A DNA stretch of 64,000 bases, from contig OZ076409.1 of the NCBI GenBank assembly GCA_964187785.1, positions 93,932,001-93,996,000 on the forward strand, given 5' to 3'. Under the pieces are notes generated by a model, which did not search any database, was not told where the DNA came from, and saw only the letters and a program-made list of their open reading frames with translations. How positions within the stretch are numbered: position 1 is the first letter of the stretch; each line of letters opens with the position of its first letter. This DNA is from Amphiscolops sp. MND2022 (taxonomy: Eukaryota). Positions 12,701 through 26,667 of this stretch are shown here, piece after piece. The position numbers were made by a program, and so were the translations under genes.

Positions 12701-15149
12701 ATCTTTTAACAGTAGAAATACCGAAAGATTTTCACTATTTCTTAGAATTTGATCTGTCTTTTTGAAACTTAAAAAAATGCGAATCAATCACCCGAGGAGC
12801 AAAATGTCTCTTTTGAACTGTATTTTTCATGCGATTATGTTTCTCATTCAGTTCTCCGTAGAAACCAATTGCAAGCAAAAAGATGCTATTTTTGAGGAAT
12901 AGTTTCCAGGAACGACAAAAAACAAAAAAAATAATTCTGACAGGATTTTCACTGATGGCTTGATTCTTTGGTTTTTCAAAACAACACTTCTTCCTAACAC
13001 TTTACTGAAATTGTACGAATTTTTGATTTGGTACATAACATCTTGTGTAATTTAATGATATACTGAATAGCTATAGCGGGATTCTCAAATCATATTTAAA
13101 TGGTTCTCTTGAAAAAAAATCTGAAACTAGCTGGGGTTTTGTATACTGGTTTTTTATTACACAAACAAGTCCGAAATTCACTCTTACCTGATAATGTTGA
13201 TTCACTTTTGAAAAAGCAACCTGGACTCGTATCCATTTTTTAATAACTGTAATCCCACTTTCTTTGCGTTTGTTGCGCAAGTTTTTGATCAAACTACAAT
13301 ACCACGAGAGATTTTGTCATTAACCAGATCTAATCTTGATCTTTAAAATGTCACAGTTTGACAGCTATTATGAAAAACAGGAAAGTATTCATCTGAAAGC
13401 ACACTCTAACATGTTTTCTCTATGCAAATTGTGTAGGAGTGTATCAGATAACAGAAAAACTGATTCTGTTATCAAGAAATTTTGACACCCTCACAGCATT
13501 TGGTGAAAGTTTAAGAAGTGATAGTACAATCAGTGATTTTGCAATGCCACATCAAAGCGGTTTAATATCCCGAATGCCAATTTTCATGCAATTTGTTGCT
13601 GAATAATTGGGAGCATTTTCATTACCCTCGTTTAACCTTTTGATTTATAAATTTAATACCGCCTAAAAACTGAACTTTAAGTGATAGTTCACCTACTATT
13701 CGCGTTTTATGTGTGTTTTTGACACGTCAAAGTTTAATATGCAGCTACATTGTTGAATAATCAAAAGTTCATCTCTAACTTTTCTCATACTTTAATGACA
13801 CTTTTTTTCTAAGATTAGTTACTAACCTGGGCGATGCTCTTAGCTTAATTATTTAAAGTTATTTGCTACGATTTCAAAATCATTCTGTCTTTTATTTTGT
13901 TGCATGTAAAGCAACATGCAAAAATTCATTTAGCAATTTTCCAGTTTTTGGCGGGCTCCTGCTTCCTTGGCGGGGTTCTTCTGGTATCTTCTGTTCCTTG
14001 TTCTGGTATCTCACTTTCGTCTGTTGATTCGATCAGAATTCAGTTTTCTGATTTATCTTGAGATCTGTTCGAGAGATTATTTTAGCTCTCTCACACTCTG
14101 GCAACGTTATTTTCACACACATTCTAGAGTGTGAAACGAGATGTGTTTCACACTCTGGAAACACATCATCATGTATTAGTCGGCATCGTTGAAATTTCAG
14201 AAAACAATGTCCAACAACCCCTATCCTGCAACGTGGTAACTACATATGTATTAACATGTTACTGAGTATCTGCGACCTCTGGTCTTAAATCACATCTTAG
14301 AATCGACCTTGAAGACGCAGTCTTCCAAGCAACGCATTTTGCTGAAACCACCTTCCGTTCCAAATGTGGGTAACCAAACCACAATTTTGTGTTGATAGGA
14401 TGTCGAATTCAGTAGCATAACTTTAAACATGTGTTCAACTGATATTCAGTATTTTATACGAAATCATCTTGTATATTCGGCAGCGAAAAGCACTTGCAAA
14501 TCTCCTAACCAGTGCATCGGATTCCGCTACAAATCTCTGCCGATATCGTGGCAACGTGCAGGCTCAAAGTTGTCTTTTGGGTGGACCAACTTGAAAGTGC
14601 CAAACTACCCACGTTCGCAATAGTAATGGATTAGATTCATTTTCTAAGGTGAAACAAGGGGCTCCTTTGGCCCCCTTCATCATAAGTTGAACAAAACTAA
14701 TTTTTTACCAAATGAATTCTACGAAACTTACTTTGTAAAAATTCCTAAATACTCTATTTTACTCTTTTGTGTTGACTTGAATGCATAAAATCACTCTCTA
14801 GTTTATGCTAATTTTATAACTTTTTCCCAAAGTGAGGAGGGGATTTCCACACAAAGAGTAATTTTGGGCGCCAGAAAATTCAGTGCATAAAAATTTAGAA
14901 GCCTTTGATGATTGACTTTTTTGGAGTCCTCAATTTGAATCCTCAAACCTTCATTTCTCTGGAACCACTTTTTGGTGTTGAGTGGGTTTCGCCCCCCTGG
15001 TAACGGCTCATTTTCCACTGACTACTTAGTGACTCCACCCTAGTCGAGATTGCTTGAAATTTTTAACATGCTGCATGGAAACATGCAGGCTAATTTTTTC
15101 TTACAAAACATAGAAAACTCCGGGAGCCTGCATGGAAACATTTTCTAGG

Positions 15150-15490
15150 ATTGCAATGCAGCTTCCACTATTTCAATAAAAACTGAAAACATTTCTGCTT
15201 CTTCACCGCCGCGATCACTTTGTTTTCACGCGTAAGTTTCTAAGTAAGTATCTTATGTAATCACCGTTAGTCAAATAGCACACTTAATATGACGCTACTT
15301 TGAAACTTATAATGTGACTGAAGTTTATTTGCATTGAAAGCGGAATTGAATTAAAATTGATGACGGTCTCAGCTGCTTTCAAAATTAGAACGGCGTCTTA
15401 ATGAAACCTACAAAACTTGTCGCCAAATTTAGGATGCATCTTATAGGCAGCTTGATAATAATAAATCGAATCAGTGAAGTTTTATTGCAT
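15150..15490 (+). repeat. Dispersed repeat; diverged inverted copy at ~23665-24000
   Basis: aatatgacgct..gtgactgaagtt and aaaacatttctgcttc..cacc match the reverse complement of aacttcagtcac..agcgtcatatt and gaagtagaaatgtttt. Confidence 0.6.
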
Positions 15491-15611
15491 AGACGTTTCT
15501 TTGAGAATTTTATAAAATCATGGAAAATTAGCTTGGTAACCTACAAAAACATGTAAAAAGGTCAAGCAGTTCCAACCAGGGCAGCTTAACAAAAACAAGA
15601 CTGCACAGCAA

Positions 15612-16005
15612 AACAAGACGAGAACGTCTAAAATCGGCGCTATATCTAAGGCTTAAAGTTCTTAAAACATGCCCAGAACGTGTTTGTGAAAAGCTCAAAA
15701 ACAGTTTGGAGACGCCCAAATGGTGCCTTTCATGCTCGATAAGACTCGGAAACCACTTTTTCCCCAACTGGGAACAAAAAAAAAACATATTTTTTGCAAA
15801 AACAATCGGATTTTTTTTCTGTCGGAAAATGTCGCATAGTGCCCAAAAATGCAAAAGGGGGAACCTTTTGGATTTATCAACATACATTCTGCTGCAAAAT
15901 ATCAAAAAACTCGAAGGGGACCCTTTTGAGGCTTAAAAAACTTTCGGAAAAAATCACTGTAAGAGTCGGGCATTTTTCCTTGAAAGGAAAAAGCGCCGAC
16001 TAAAA
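15612..16005 (+). mobile_element. Family A Helentron/DINE-like repeat
   Basis: Head aacaagacgagaacgtctaaaatcggcgctatatctaaggct; tail hairpin agtcggg..gcgccgactaaaa. Confidence 0.7.
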
Positions 16006-17812
16006 AGACATAGTTCGGCTCTAGTAAAGGCTGATGGATGGAGAATAGCAGTTCGAGACTGGGTTATCCCTAAAAATGGAAACCGGATGAATTTTTGTAA
16101 ATTTGCATCAATGCTTTTTATTGAAATTTCAATGAAATTAAAACAAAAAGCAGTGGGTTTTTTGAGTCATTCACTGGTATCAAAGTTGAAAAAGAATAAA
16201 AAGAATAAATATTAAAAGTGTTTTATCAGTCATTGTATTAAACTAATAGATTTCTCAATTTTCAACGATACTTACATTTCCAGGTAACAGGCATTGTGAT
16301 TAGGTAAATTTTCTTTATAATAAAACGCTCAGGGTAAAAGAAACTGTTCAATAAAAATATTTAGTAAACTGCCGAATTTTCCATTTAAAAAAAGCATTCG
16401 ATTAGGGCCGACAGTAGGCTTCGAATATTGAATAAAACCTTGACTGGTGATACAATTAATTTTGCCTCTTTTGTACTAGGGATACTTGAAAATTTTAAAA
16501 GGAAAGCGGTAAGATTTCCGTTTTTGTTCCCACTAAATGTTTCTTAGACAGAGCGCACCTCAAGAGCGTTCCACATCAGAGATGTCTTTGAGAGCTAAAA
16601 GGATTTTTATAAAAATGTCCAACTTGGAATGAATTCACGCAGCCAAAAATTGAGCGGGGGGAAATAATTAAGAAAAGAAATTGAGTTCTACGAAAGAAAT
16701 ACCGTGTCTGCATATAAATGTCATATAAAAGTATCTCTTAGAAGAATCTATGGTCCATGCTGGTAAGTTGCAGCTATGCGACTCTTGGGAATCAAATTCG
16801 GGAAATTGCTGTTGCGTTTTCCGATCATATTTACAAGTTCTAATCAAGCCTTCAAAAGTTATTTCCGTAATATGACGTTCAAAACAAGCTATACGTTTAT
16901 ATAGGTTTTACACCTGGTGCGAACACTAATTGCTCGTAGGAGCTTGTGTATGTTTTGAAGCTACTACAGTTCCACGAACTCAAAATTCGGTGAGAAACTG
17001 GTTCACAATGTCCAATAAGCTCTTCTAGTTTTCCCTAAAGTGTTTATTTTTTACTCACACAATGTTCTGCAGAATAACCGTAGTAAGCCCATACAAGTTC
17101 AAAGTACTCAAGCACGGTATAATAACCATAAAATAAATTTTGATTATGTAACGGCTATTCGTTAGTTTGTCTGAAATGCAACTTCAAACCAGTTTGTGTT
17201 GACATCGGAAAGTGCTAATTAGGTTTTTACTTTTTCCCGCGGAGAGGTTAAATTTTCGCAAAATACATTTTGGACGTTCTCTGTTGGTGACCTTGAATAT
17301 AAATGTTTTACAACCGCGGTTGGCAATCAAATAGATTCTACCTGTGTTCATCGATGTTTGACTTCCCGGGTTTCCCGACTAGACTGATAATAATCTGGAC
17401 AATATAAACCACCATTCAAATTATATACAAATATTATTATTCTCCCATGATCTTATTATGATCAAGCTGGAATCATAAATGGCCTAGATTTTGGTCAGCC
17501 TGCTCTAGTTGAGACTGCTGGAACTTCCATGCTGCAGGTAAATTTTTATGAACCCTAGAAAATTCAGTGAGGTTCCGGTGGTAAATCTTGTAGAACTTCA
17601 CTGCTTTTTCCACTACTGCAATTAAATTTGAAAATAAACCCCACTTGATTACCAACACGATCAGGTTGTTTTCACATTTTCATTTCTCAACTACTCAACT
17701 GATGCGGTCACAGCTTCTCAAATGGCACGAAATATCATGAAACTTTATGTCTCAGAAAGACGCCCGCTAAGCACCGGGATATTTTCCGCGACACCCTTAT
17801 TGCAAAAAAGTA

Positions 17813-17913
17813 TGGCGAAGGAGAGGATCGAACCCACTACCTACTGGCTGGGAAACACGAAAAAATTTCAAGCACCAGCCCGGATCCGAACCCACGACCT
17901 ACTGGCTGGGAAA
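17813..17913 (-). repeat. Two tandem tRNA-like 3'-half fragments (58-bp offset), probably SINE- or repeat-derived
   Basis: gaaccca(c/t)..cctactggctgggaaa at 17830 and 17888; minus strand reads GGGTTCGATCC (B-box) ..CGCCA; no D-arm or A-box seen. Confidence 0.4.
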
Positions 17914-18734
17914 GCAATAAGTGAAGTGCACTTCACTCGATGGAGTGGAGATAAAGTGGAGTTTTGACAGAATTTGTAAAAAAAAAACGCGTCATAGATC
18001 ATGATTTTCCTCCCCCATTTATGTGGGCGGAAAATAATAAGTAGTTTAGACTGATAAATAACACCTAGTTGTCATGAATAACAGTTTTACAAAACCAAAA
18101 GAGTCATCAGCTTTTAAAGTTGCAAGTAGAACCGGCGATAGAGCCAGCCCTTTTTGACAGTGTATACTCAAAAATGCAACGTTAATCAAAACTCTGAAGA
18201 ACTCTATCATTTTGGTTGGCAGGACTCGCTCTGCCAAAAAATCAGTTTGAACCAAAACCAATAGATGATTCACTATGGCCCGTTTTTTGATGAGACCCCT
18301 TGGCGACATGCAAGGCTGAAATATACGTGAGGATTTCCAAAATTACTTCATGAATTGTTCAAAACGGATATTTTCACGTACTGAAGTCAGATTCCTGAAC
18401 TTCAGCGTACAAAAAGACTCAGTATTTAAAAAACTACAACAAAGTTTTATAAGTTCTATAAAATTCTTCATGGGATTCATGTCTTAAGTCTTCATTCTTC
18501 TGAAACTACGTTATTTCGCAAGTTTACCCCATAAAAAACAATAATTTTTGATGATGAAAGCTTGTTAGTAAGACAAAACTTCGAAATTGGAATTCAAAAC
18601 TCAGCAATTGAAAAACACCATCGATTTCACCTTTAATCGAATACTCTCGACTACGGATGGAAATATAGTGACGAGGTTCCCAAATCGGTTACACATGTGG
18701 TCTGTCAAACGTGAAGCATCTCCCGTTCTGAGAT

Positions 18735-19379
18735 CCCATGGACTCCCATGCATGGACATGCATGGTCCACCCATGGGCCATCCATGGGTAAAGTTTGGTT
18801 CCAAAAAAGCTTTTCCATGGACGGACCATCGATGGGCCATTGATGGTCCATCGATGGGGGAGAAAAACTGATATGTCTGAAAAATTCGAATTGCGGCGGC
18901 AGCTTGGTTGATTTTCTATAATCGTGTCTCTTTCATATTTTTTGGTTGTTTGGGTTACCTTAATGACCCGGGTAGCATTAAGGACGCTTTTCGGAACCGC
19001 GTTTTCATTCTGTTTCAATCGTATTTCACTTTTTCTGATATATGGGTGTTCCGTTTTGGGGAAGTCATCTGCATCGAAGGTTTATCAATTTTTTGTTAGA
19101 AATTCTCAATTTAGGATTTCGAGATGTTATTGTTTGTTATGGATTGTATTTGGGAATCCGTCAGTCGATTTCTGATACATTTCTCACATTCTGAGCATTC
19201 TCTTGAGCTTATACCGTCATGTAAATTATATATTTTTAATCCTTTTTAACAGAAGTCCCTTTGAAAAGTGTTTTTATACCCTGGCGAAAATTGCGATGGC
19301 CCATCGATAAGTGCTCAGCATGTTCCCATCGATGGGAATGCGATGGTCCATCGATTACCCATGGATGGGCTGCCTTGGG
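18735..19379. mobile_element. MITE with CCC..GGG imperfect TIRs and subterminal CCATCGATGG/CCATGG palindromes
   Basis: Left cccatggactcccatgcatgg vs reverse complement of right end cccaaggcagcccatccatgg; AT on both flanks (possible 2-bp TSD). Confidence 0.7.
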
Positions 19380-22300
19380 ATCCCAACTCGAGCCCAGCCA
19401 AGATGAACTGCTGTTTCAAAATTATAATATAAAAAACATCAACAAACAAGACGTGCGCTGAGCAGCGGGATAATTTCTAACCCAAATACATCAGCCACGA
19501 CACGCTCTTAAGGCGCGAACAGCTCTCAATTCATTTCACGCCTTGCTTTGAAAAACACTTGAAGAATGTTTCTTCAAACAAAGTATGCTTAGTAGCCGAA
19601 CCTGTCATTATTAACTCCAAGAAAATTCATACTACATAAACATGTGCAGGTTGTAAACAAAGCAAGAAACGTTCGAAAAGGACATTTTTTGGCTCCACCT
19701 GGGTATCGTGTTATAAGCAATTATCGTCAGCTTTTTCTCCTTGGGAAAATGCTGAAGAGACAATTCGTTTCTTGGAACGTTGTGTCTATTCATACCTTTG
19801 AATCGGAAAAACTTTGGGTTTTTGGGCTTTTTGGGGGCTTTCTTGACCTAAACTTCAATTATATCATCTAAAACCCTATTGGGCAGTTCTTTTGTTCGTC
19901 TGTAAATCGATGAGTCTATTGTACTTCGAAATTCGTTGAAAACAGCTCAAGCAATGCTGTTATATTGTCAAATTTAGAAATTTTCATTTTTTGCATTTTT
20001 GAGGCTTTTGTGAATTTAATTTCGTTTCGGTCGTAAGGAGTATGCTACGAAGATACGCAAATCGTTTTTGAACACTGTTTGTAGCAAAACTCACCAAATA
20101 TTTCAAAAGTTGGACAAACGTGACACCAAAGTGTCTTATAATGAGCAAAAGAGAAGCTTTTTCTACTATTTTGAAGCCTATGATAGCTTTTTTATAATGA
20201 ACTACTGATTGTTCTATCAGAAGGTCTCCCTAACAAAGACGTGTTTTGTTTATGAAAAATGAAGATTTTCATACCCCTGAAAACTGTCGAAGTTAGTATA
20301 GAAATTGCTTGAAACGGTCGACATTTGAAATGCTTTCGTTATTTCAGGAGGCATCATTGCATTGTTTGAACCAACAACAGAAACTACGAACAAAATCAAC
20401 TGATGTTCAAAGTTAGAAAACAAATTTGAGGACATTTTCGCGCCTTTTTCAGCAATGACCACCAAAATTCACGTCGTGAAAGCGTACCAGGTGATGTTTG
20501 TTATACTATCGAAGTCTGTGGGTAAATGAATCTCGCAAAAGTCTGAAAAACGGAATTTAAATACTTCCCGTATATCTGAGGCTTAAGCTGAGAATTCTTA
20601 AAAACATTACCCTTTTCAAGAGCGTACGGGATAGCTAGCCTATCTCTTTTTAAATATTCTCGTTGATCTAAATCAGATACCTTTTCTGAAAAACATTCTC
20701 GATAACATGATTTTTCTTGTTGGAATTGTTTTGATAATCTCACTCACGGAAATGGTGTAAAATTATACAAAAAGTTGTTGAACAACTGAAAATTTTCAAA
20801 ATTCCATGTGTTTTGAGGTAGATTTGAGGCACTTTTTCAATGTAACAATTCAAAATTCTTCTCATAAAAGCGTCTCGGGAGCTAATTTGTTTCATGTATG
20901 CCCTTTTTGACTTTTCTAACCCACGAGAATAATCGGAAACTGTTCAAAAGTAGTTGAAAGGTACTGATAAAGTGAAAAAAAATTGAGACACTATTTCACT
21001 GAATTTTTCGTGTTTCTCTTGAAAAAAAATATCCTGGATAGCCAGTTCTTTTGTTTCGAAACACTCTTAAGATATTTTGACGCACGCAGATGATTCAGAA
21101 ATATACAGAAAATGAATACCAAGCTTGAAAGTTGGAAAACTTTCGAAAGTTTCCATTTTCCGGTGATTTTGTGGTCAGTTTGTGGTCAATCAAAAAACTC
21201 TACAAATACATATCGCATGAAACTTAATTTTTCCCACAATTTGGATTCGACATTCGAACATGGTATTTTTTGGGAAAAAGCGCAGCTCAGTATTTTTCTT
21301 TTCCCATATGGAATACGAGCGAAAAACAACAATGATCCCGTTTTCAAGTAGCTTTATATGAAACGCTTGCTTACCACATACTATGGAAACAGACTCCGCG
21401 AAATAATTAAAAACTCAGGTTAAGAAGGATACTTTGACAAACACCTGAAGTGAATGAGAATCAACAAAAACTAGATCATATTTGAATGAGAATTTCAGAA
21501 AGGTTAGAGCAACAAGTTCTTGATTTTTTTTGGGGCACAATGGCCAAATCATCTGAAGTTTTTTCTTTTCGGGCTTCAGATGAAATAGAAAGGGAGCCGG
21601 GGGCACCTTTGCTTGCTGTTACATTGATATTTGAGGAGAAATTCCACTGAATCATAAAATAATCATGCTTGCAAATGAGGGTTATTTTGCTCAGATACAA
21701 AAAGTTTGATACAAATAAGTTGCACAAAATGAAGCCTTTTTCACTCGACGCCCTAATGATTTTATATTCTGTTCATAAAAAATTAGCTGCTTTAACTGGA
21801 AATAAATCAAAAAAGAAATAATTGAAAACTTCAAGGCATTTACTTTTTTGTTGGGGAATAATTAGACTAAATTGCCAAAAAATTATGACTTTTGAAAAAG
21901 TTTGCAGTTTTGAGGTAAATAATGGCACTTTGGTCTAGAGGCATAGAAGAAAAATCAACGAGTAACTGAATTATTTAACGACGCTATGCTAACTTTCAGT
22001 CTTCTTTGAAGGAGTAACTATTCGAGGGGGGGGGGTATTGGATGAATGCGTTCTGCCTCATGTATATTTTCACTCAAGATATTGCCGGTAAATTTGCTTC
22101 AATTTATTTTTTTTTTCCTTTTTCCTCACATCCAAAAAAATGTCGAGAACAGGGCAAAATTAGCCTAAATTAGTGGCTGATTAAATGTATTCAAGTGTAG
22201 GCATCAAATTAGAGCTGAACAGATTGTTTCAAGAAATGTTTTAAAAAGTTTGTCGAATTAATTGTGGGAAAATTCAATTTTTCCAACGTACGGGAAGGAA

Positions 22301-23664
22301 AAGGAAAAAGCCAAATTTCATCTGTCGAAAGGGTTAGACTTTGCAACTGAATTTCCAAAATTTGGGTGTGATTCAAACATCGTTTGAACTTTTTTCATTT
22401 TCTTTAATCTGGTGGATTATATCTCTAAATCACCAATAACAGGGCTCTTGAAATTCTAAAAAAAAGTTCTCAACATTGTTGGTTACAGAATAATTATATC
22501 TTTAGAGGTCACAAAAAGCCAACTTCACGAACGTTTTTCGCTCTTGACAGCTAATTTATATCCGCTAATCGGCCAAATTTCTGAACGCGAAACAATTATT
22601 CAATTTTTCTCATTTTATTAGATGTCAATCTCATTTTCGATCACCTGAAATCTCCAATGACGGGTTCATTCGATTAGAAGCAACGGGTCTTGTTGAACTC
22701 AAGACCTCTTTGACCTTTTCAGACGCTTTCGAACTGAAGGGATTCCAAAATCCAAATAACCCAATTGAATGATGAGGCTTATATTCATAATACGCATGAA
22801 GGTTTTCTCTGGGGAAAATCATGATAAATACGCCTGACTTTTTGGCGACCGAAAAATGTCAAATGTTATTTATGCAAATCGATAAAATTACAAATTTTTG
22901 TCTTCCAACCTTCATCGTCGTTTTGTTCCGAGCGGTTAGGCAAGGGAAAATTGTAGGGACAACACCTCATCAGAAAACAAAGGGAGTGTAAAAGAAAGGA
23001 AAATATCAAAAGCCAATCAAGATTACGGAAAAGGTTGAATCAAAGTTGTCAATGGAAACTAGTTAACATTAGACTACGTTAATTTTCTTCAATACAAGTG
23101 AGATATGGTGAAAAATATCCTTTCCACTCGTATCTTAAATAGAATTGGAAATTATACTTCGTTTCACTTTTTACGGCGTCTTTTTGATTTGAAGCAACTC
23201 CAGTGGATAAATACTATCACTAAGTGACCCTCAAAAAATTTCTAAACCCTGACAGCTTTAAAATCATGAATCATGTCAAAAGCTCACAATATATTTCTTG
23301 GCTTGTCAATCATATTGAAACAAATCAATTTTTGAAGATATCTTTTGCAAACTGACGTGTTTCAAATTCGAAATGACTGCTAGGCAACAAAAAAAAGTAT
23401 CACAAGAAATACTTCGATTTCTCAAAATTACTAGTGTTGGTCAACAATTATTTCGAAACAACTTTGAACACTACAATTCAGCTTGTCTGTCATTCAGAAT
23501 GTAGCTCTTATTACGTAATCGAATTTCAAATGATAATTTGATGATTCGAGTGTTGAGAAACGTAATTATTCAACCATCGTTGAAACGACGGATTGAACTT
23601 TGAAGTTTTTGTAGGTTGTCAAGCCAATAGTTTATGATTTGATAGAACTCTCAAAAAAACTTCC

Positions 23665-24000
23665 TTGCAATAAAATTTCACTGATTCAATTGGACGTTAT
23701 CAAGCTGCCGAAAAACGCATCCTAAATGTGGCGGCACATAGCAGCCACAAAATTTTGAAGGTTTCATTAAGCGGCAGTTCTATTTTAAAAGCATCTGAGA
23801 CTTCATTTGTACGCCAATTTAATACAAACTAACTTCAGTCACGTTAGAAGTATCAAAACAGCGTCATATTCAGCGTGCAATTTCACTAACGATGATGATA
23901 TAAGTTATTCGCTTGAGAAACTTAAGGATGAAAGTGATTGAGATGGTGATGAAGTAGAAATGTTTTCACATTTCATTAAAATAGTGTACGCTGCATTGTA
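23665..24000 (-). repeat. Dispersed repeat; inverted copy of ~15150-15490
   Basis: Collinear reverse-complement similarity over ~340 bp. Confidence 0.6.
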
Positions 24001-24106
24001 AGGTACCTTACCGGATCCCGGAATTTTCCATGTTTTGTAAAAAAAAGCCTTGCATGCATGGAAGCAGACTAGAAAACTTCCACGCAGATTCAAGCAGTCA
24101 TTTTAT

Positions 24107-24968
24107 TTTTTAGGAGTCGGAAAAAATTTTCGACTACTTATGCAATCGTGCTGTTTTTTTTTGTTTTTTTTTCTCCCGACCTTTGAATTTCTCAAAAACT
24201 GTCCATACGATTTTCACGGAATTTTGCACAGTCATTCTACACCCAAAGGGGCCCCTGCGTGTGCAAAGGCATCAAAATCGTATGGCTGGGATGTGAGAAA
24301 CATAGCCAAAATTAGCCCAAAAATGGCCAAAAAACAGCCATTTTTCGACTTTTTTCGCTTTTCTCAAAAACTGTCCGAACGATTCAAACGAAATTTTCTA
24401 CAGTTATTCTACACCATATTAGAGTCCTATATGTGCAATGGCATCAAAATTGTATGGCTGGGATGTGAGAAACATAGCCAAAATTAGCCCAAAAATGGCC
24501 AAAAAACAGCCATTTTTCGACTTTTTTCGCTTTTCTCAAAAACTGTCCATACGATTCGAACGAAATTTTTTACAGTTATTTTACACCATATTAGAGTCCT
24601 ATATGTGCAATGGCATCAAAATCGTATAGCTGGGATGTGAGAAACATAGCCAAAATTAGCCCAAAAATGGCCAAAAAACAGCCATTTTTCGACTTTTTTC
24701 GATTTTCTCAAAAACTGTCCATACGATTCGAAAGAAATTTTCTACAGTCATTCTACACCATATTATGGTCCTTTATGTGCAATTTCATTAAATTCGTATG
24801 GCTGGGATGTGAGAAACATAGCCAATTTTAGCCCAAAAATGGCCAAAAAAACAGTCATTTTTCGATTTTTTCGATTTTCTCACAAACTGTTCATACGATT
24901 CGAACGAAAGCGAGTCAGAAGGAAAAAGACTTAAGCCGACTCCTTTACCGCATATGCGGCTCTGGTTT
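24107..24968 (+). mobile_element. Helentron-associated non-autonomous element (HINE/DINE-1-like), family B
   Basis: Subterminal IRs AGGAGTCGG (24112-24120) and CCGACTCCT (24936-24944), 3' palindrome CCGCATATGCGG (24948-24959), T-rich ends, central tandem array. Confidence 0.75.
24186..24908 (+). repeat. 172-bp tandem repeat, about 4.2 copies
   Basis: tat(g/a)gctgggatgtgagaaacatagcc recurs at 24281, 24453, 24625 and 24797. Confidence 0.95.
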
Positions 24969-26667
24969 AACGTGTTAATATCACTTGCCTTTGTAATTTG
25001 AAAAACGGACACACAAGGTGAGTCAAAAAACGAACGCATAAAAATATTTTAGATCTCAAAGTTTCAAAAATTAGTCAATATTCGTTGTACGACAACTTTG
25101 ATTGCTTCTGTCAATGATTCCAATTGAAGCAAAAAAACTCACAAAACAAAAGTGAGAACTAAAAGACTGGTAGTGATGACTATGTTTTCTCTGATGGTTC
25201 GAACTATCATCGAGACGCAAAATTTCGCTTCGATTTTTTGGTTGATTAACTAAAAAATCGAAGCACAAATAAGCACCTCAAGGTTTACAATGCCTTGCTA
25301 ACAAATATTACTATTCTGAAAGATGAAATTCAGATTAAAACAATTGCCAATCACTCAAATTGACAACATTTTAGGAGCGAAAAACGTTTCATAAACAAAA
25401 AATGAAAACGACTAGACTGATAAAAATGTCAAAAGTATTTTTTTTAGATTTAAAAATCTAATTTCTTCAATGTTTGAAACGTTTAGGTTTTCAGTGGAAT
25501 TACGAAAAGCTTCTGTCACAACTAGTGTGTTGCTGAATTTCGTGCACGTCGTTCATTTCATGGGCATTCCCTAATGATGACCCTTCACCGGGAGTTATTT
25601 CCCTGTTTGCGTTACAAAGTCCCGAATTTGAATTAGCTACTTTCGATGACAGGTTTTCGATTAACCTCAATCTTTCCTGTTGTCTCAGCTCAGTATCTGT
25701 AAGTCTTCTGGACACTTTACTTCCTGTTTTGCTGGTTATGTCCTCGAAATCCTTCGTTTTGTCCTAAAAGATTTGCAGTTTCATTTGTTACTTCAGAGAG
25801 GATAATGGCAAGAACAGGTCCACGCGGTTTTGTTAGGTTGAAATTGGAACCTTTGAGGACTGGTCCGGGACTTGAAAAGTTGCTACCCGTGGTTGAAAAA
25901 CATTGGCATTCCTTAATTACACTATTTTTCATACAGGATGAAAAAAGTGCAGAATTCAGATCACAGGATTTTAATTTTTTGAATTTCAGGATTTGTTTCG
26001 TTTTCTACTCGCAAGATTTGATATCTTGTTTAGGTTTTTAACTGGGAGAGTTTTTTGTACTGTAGATTTATTGTCAGACGTTCAGTACCCTGTAGTGGCA
26101 CGATTGCCATCTAAGTACATAAGTGAACGAATTGAACTCTATTCTTAATTCCATCGTCAAACAACGAGACAATGATCGTAACAATGCGAGAACGACACAA
26201 GTACTTCAAATCTGAACGGAATTCTTTAAATCTGTAAAATACTATTACTCTATTGACTCTGAAATTTTTTCGAACTGAAAATACCGCGAAACCCTAAATT
26301 GTGGGAAACAATCTCTTTCGAAAAAAGTCTTTCAAAAAAGGTCACAAAATGCCCAAAGACCCAAAAAAGATCATTTAGGTTCGAAAAACCTGTTTTCTTA
26401 GGGACATGGAAATTGAAATGTTGAATTCTTTTTTGATGAAATTTTTTCAGAAAAAATGCGCAGTTCTGTAAAACTTGCAACTTTTTGATTCCCCCAAGAT
26501 CAGCAAACATAAAAACTTTTAGTCCTGAGCGGGATTCGAAACATCCACTCTTGCTTAGGAAGCACGCATCCTAACAATAGATCACGTGGCGGCCCAGTGG
26601 GGAGAAAAAACTCTGTTCAAAGAGTGGACAGTTCAGGGTGAGGTATGTGGTCTGACAAAAAAAAAGA

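Noticed and set aside
14127..14157. Hairpin agagtgtgaaac..gtttcacactct as a terminator
   Set aside because: Eukaryotic context; more likely a fragment of a small repeat
16400..21300. Faint LINE RT-like traces (plus strand ~16400-17400; minus strand ~19900-21000)
   Set aside because: Too degraded to support by eye; needs tBLASTn or HMM search
24186..24908. CRISPR-like array, or the repeated ORFs at 24050-24831
   Set aside because: Whole 172-bp units repeat with no unique spacers and there are no cas genes; the ORFs are by-products of the repeat
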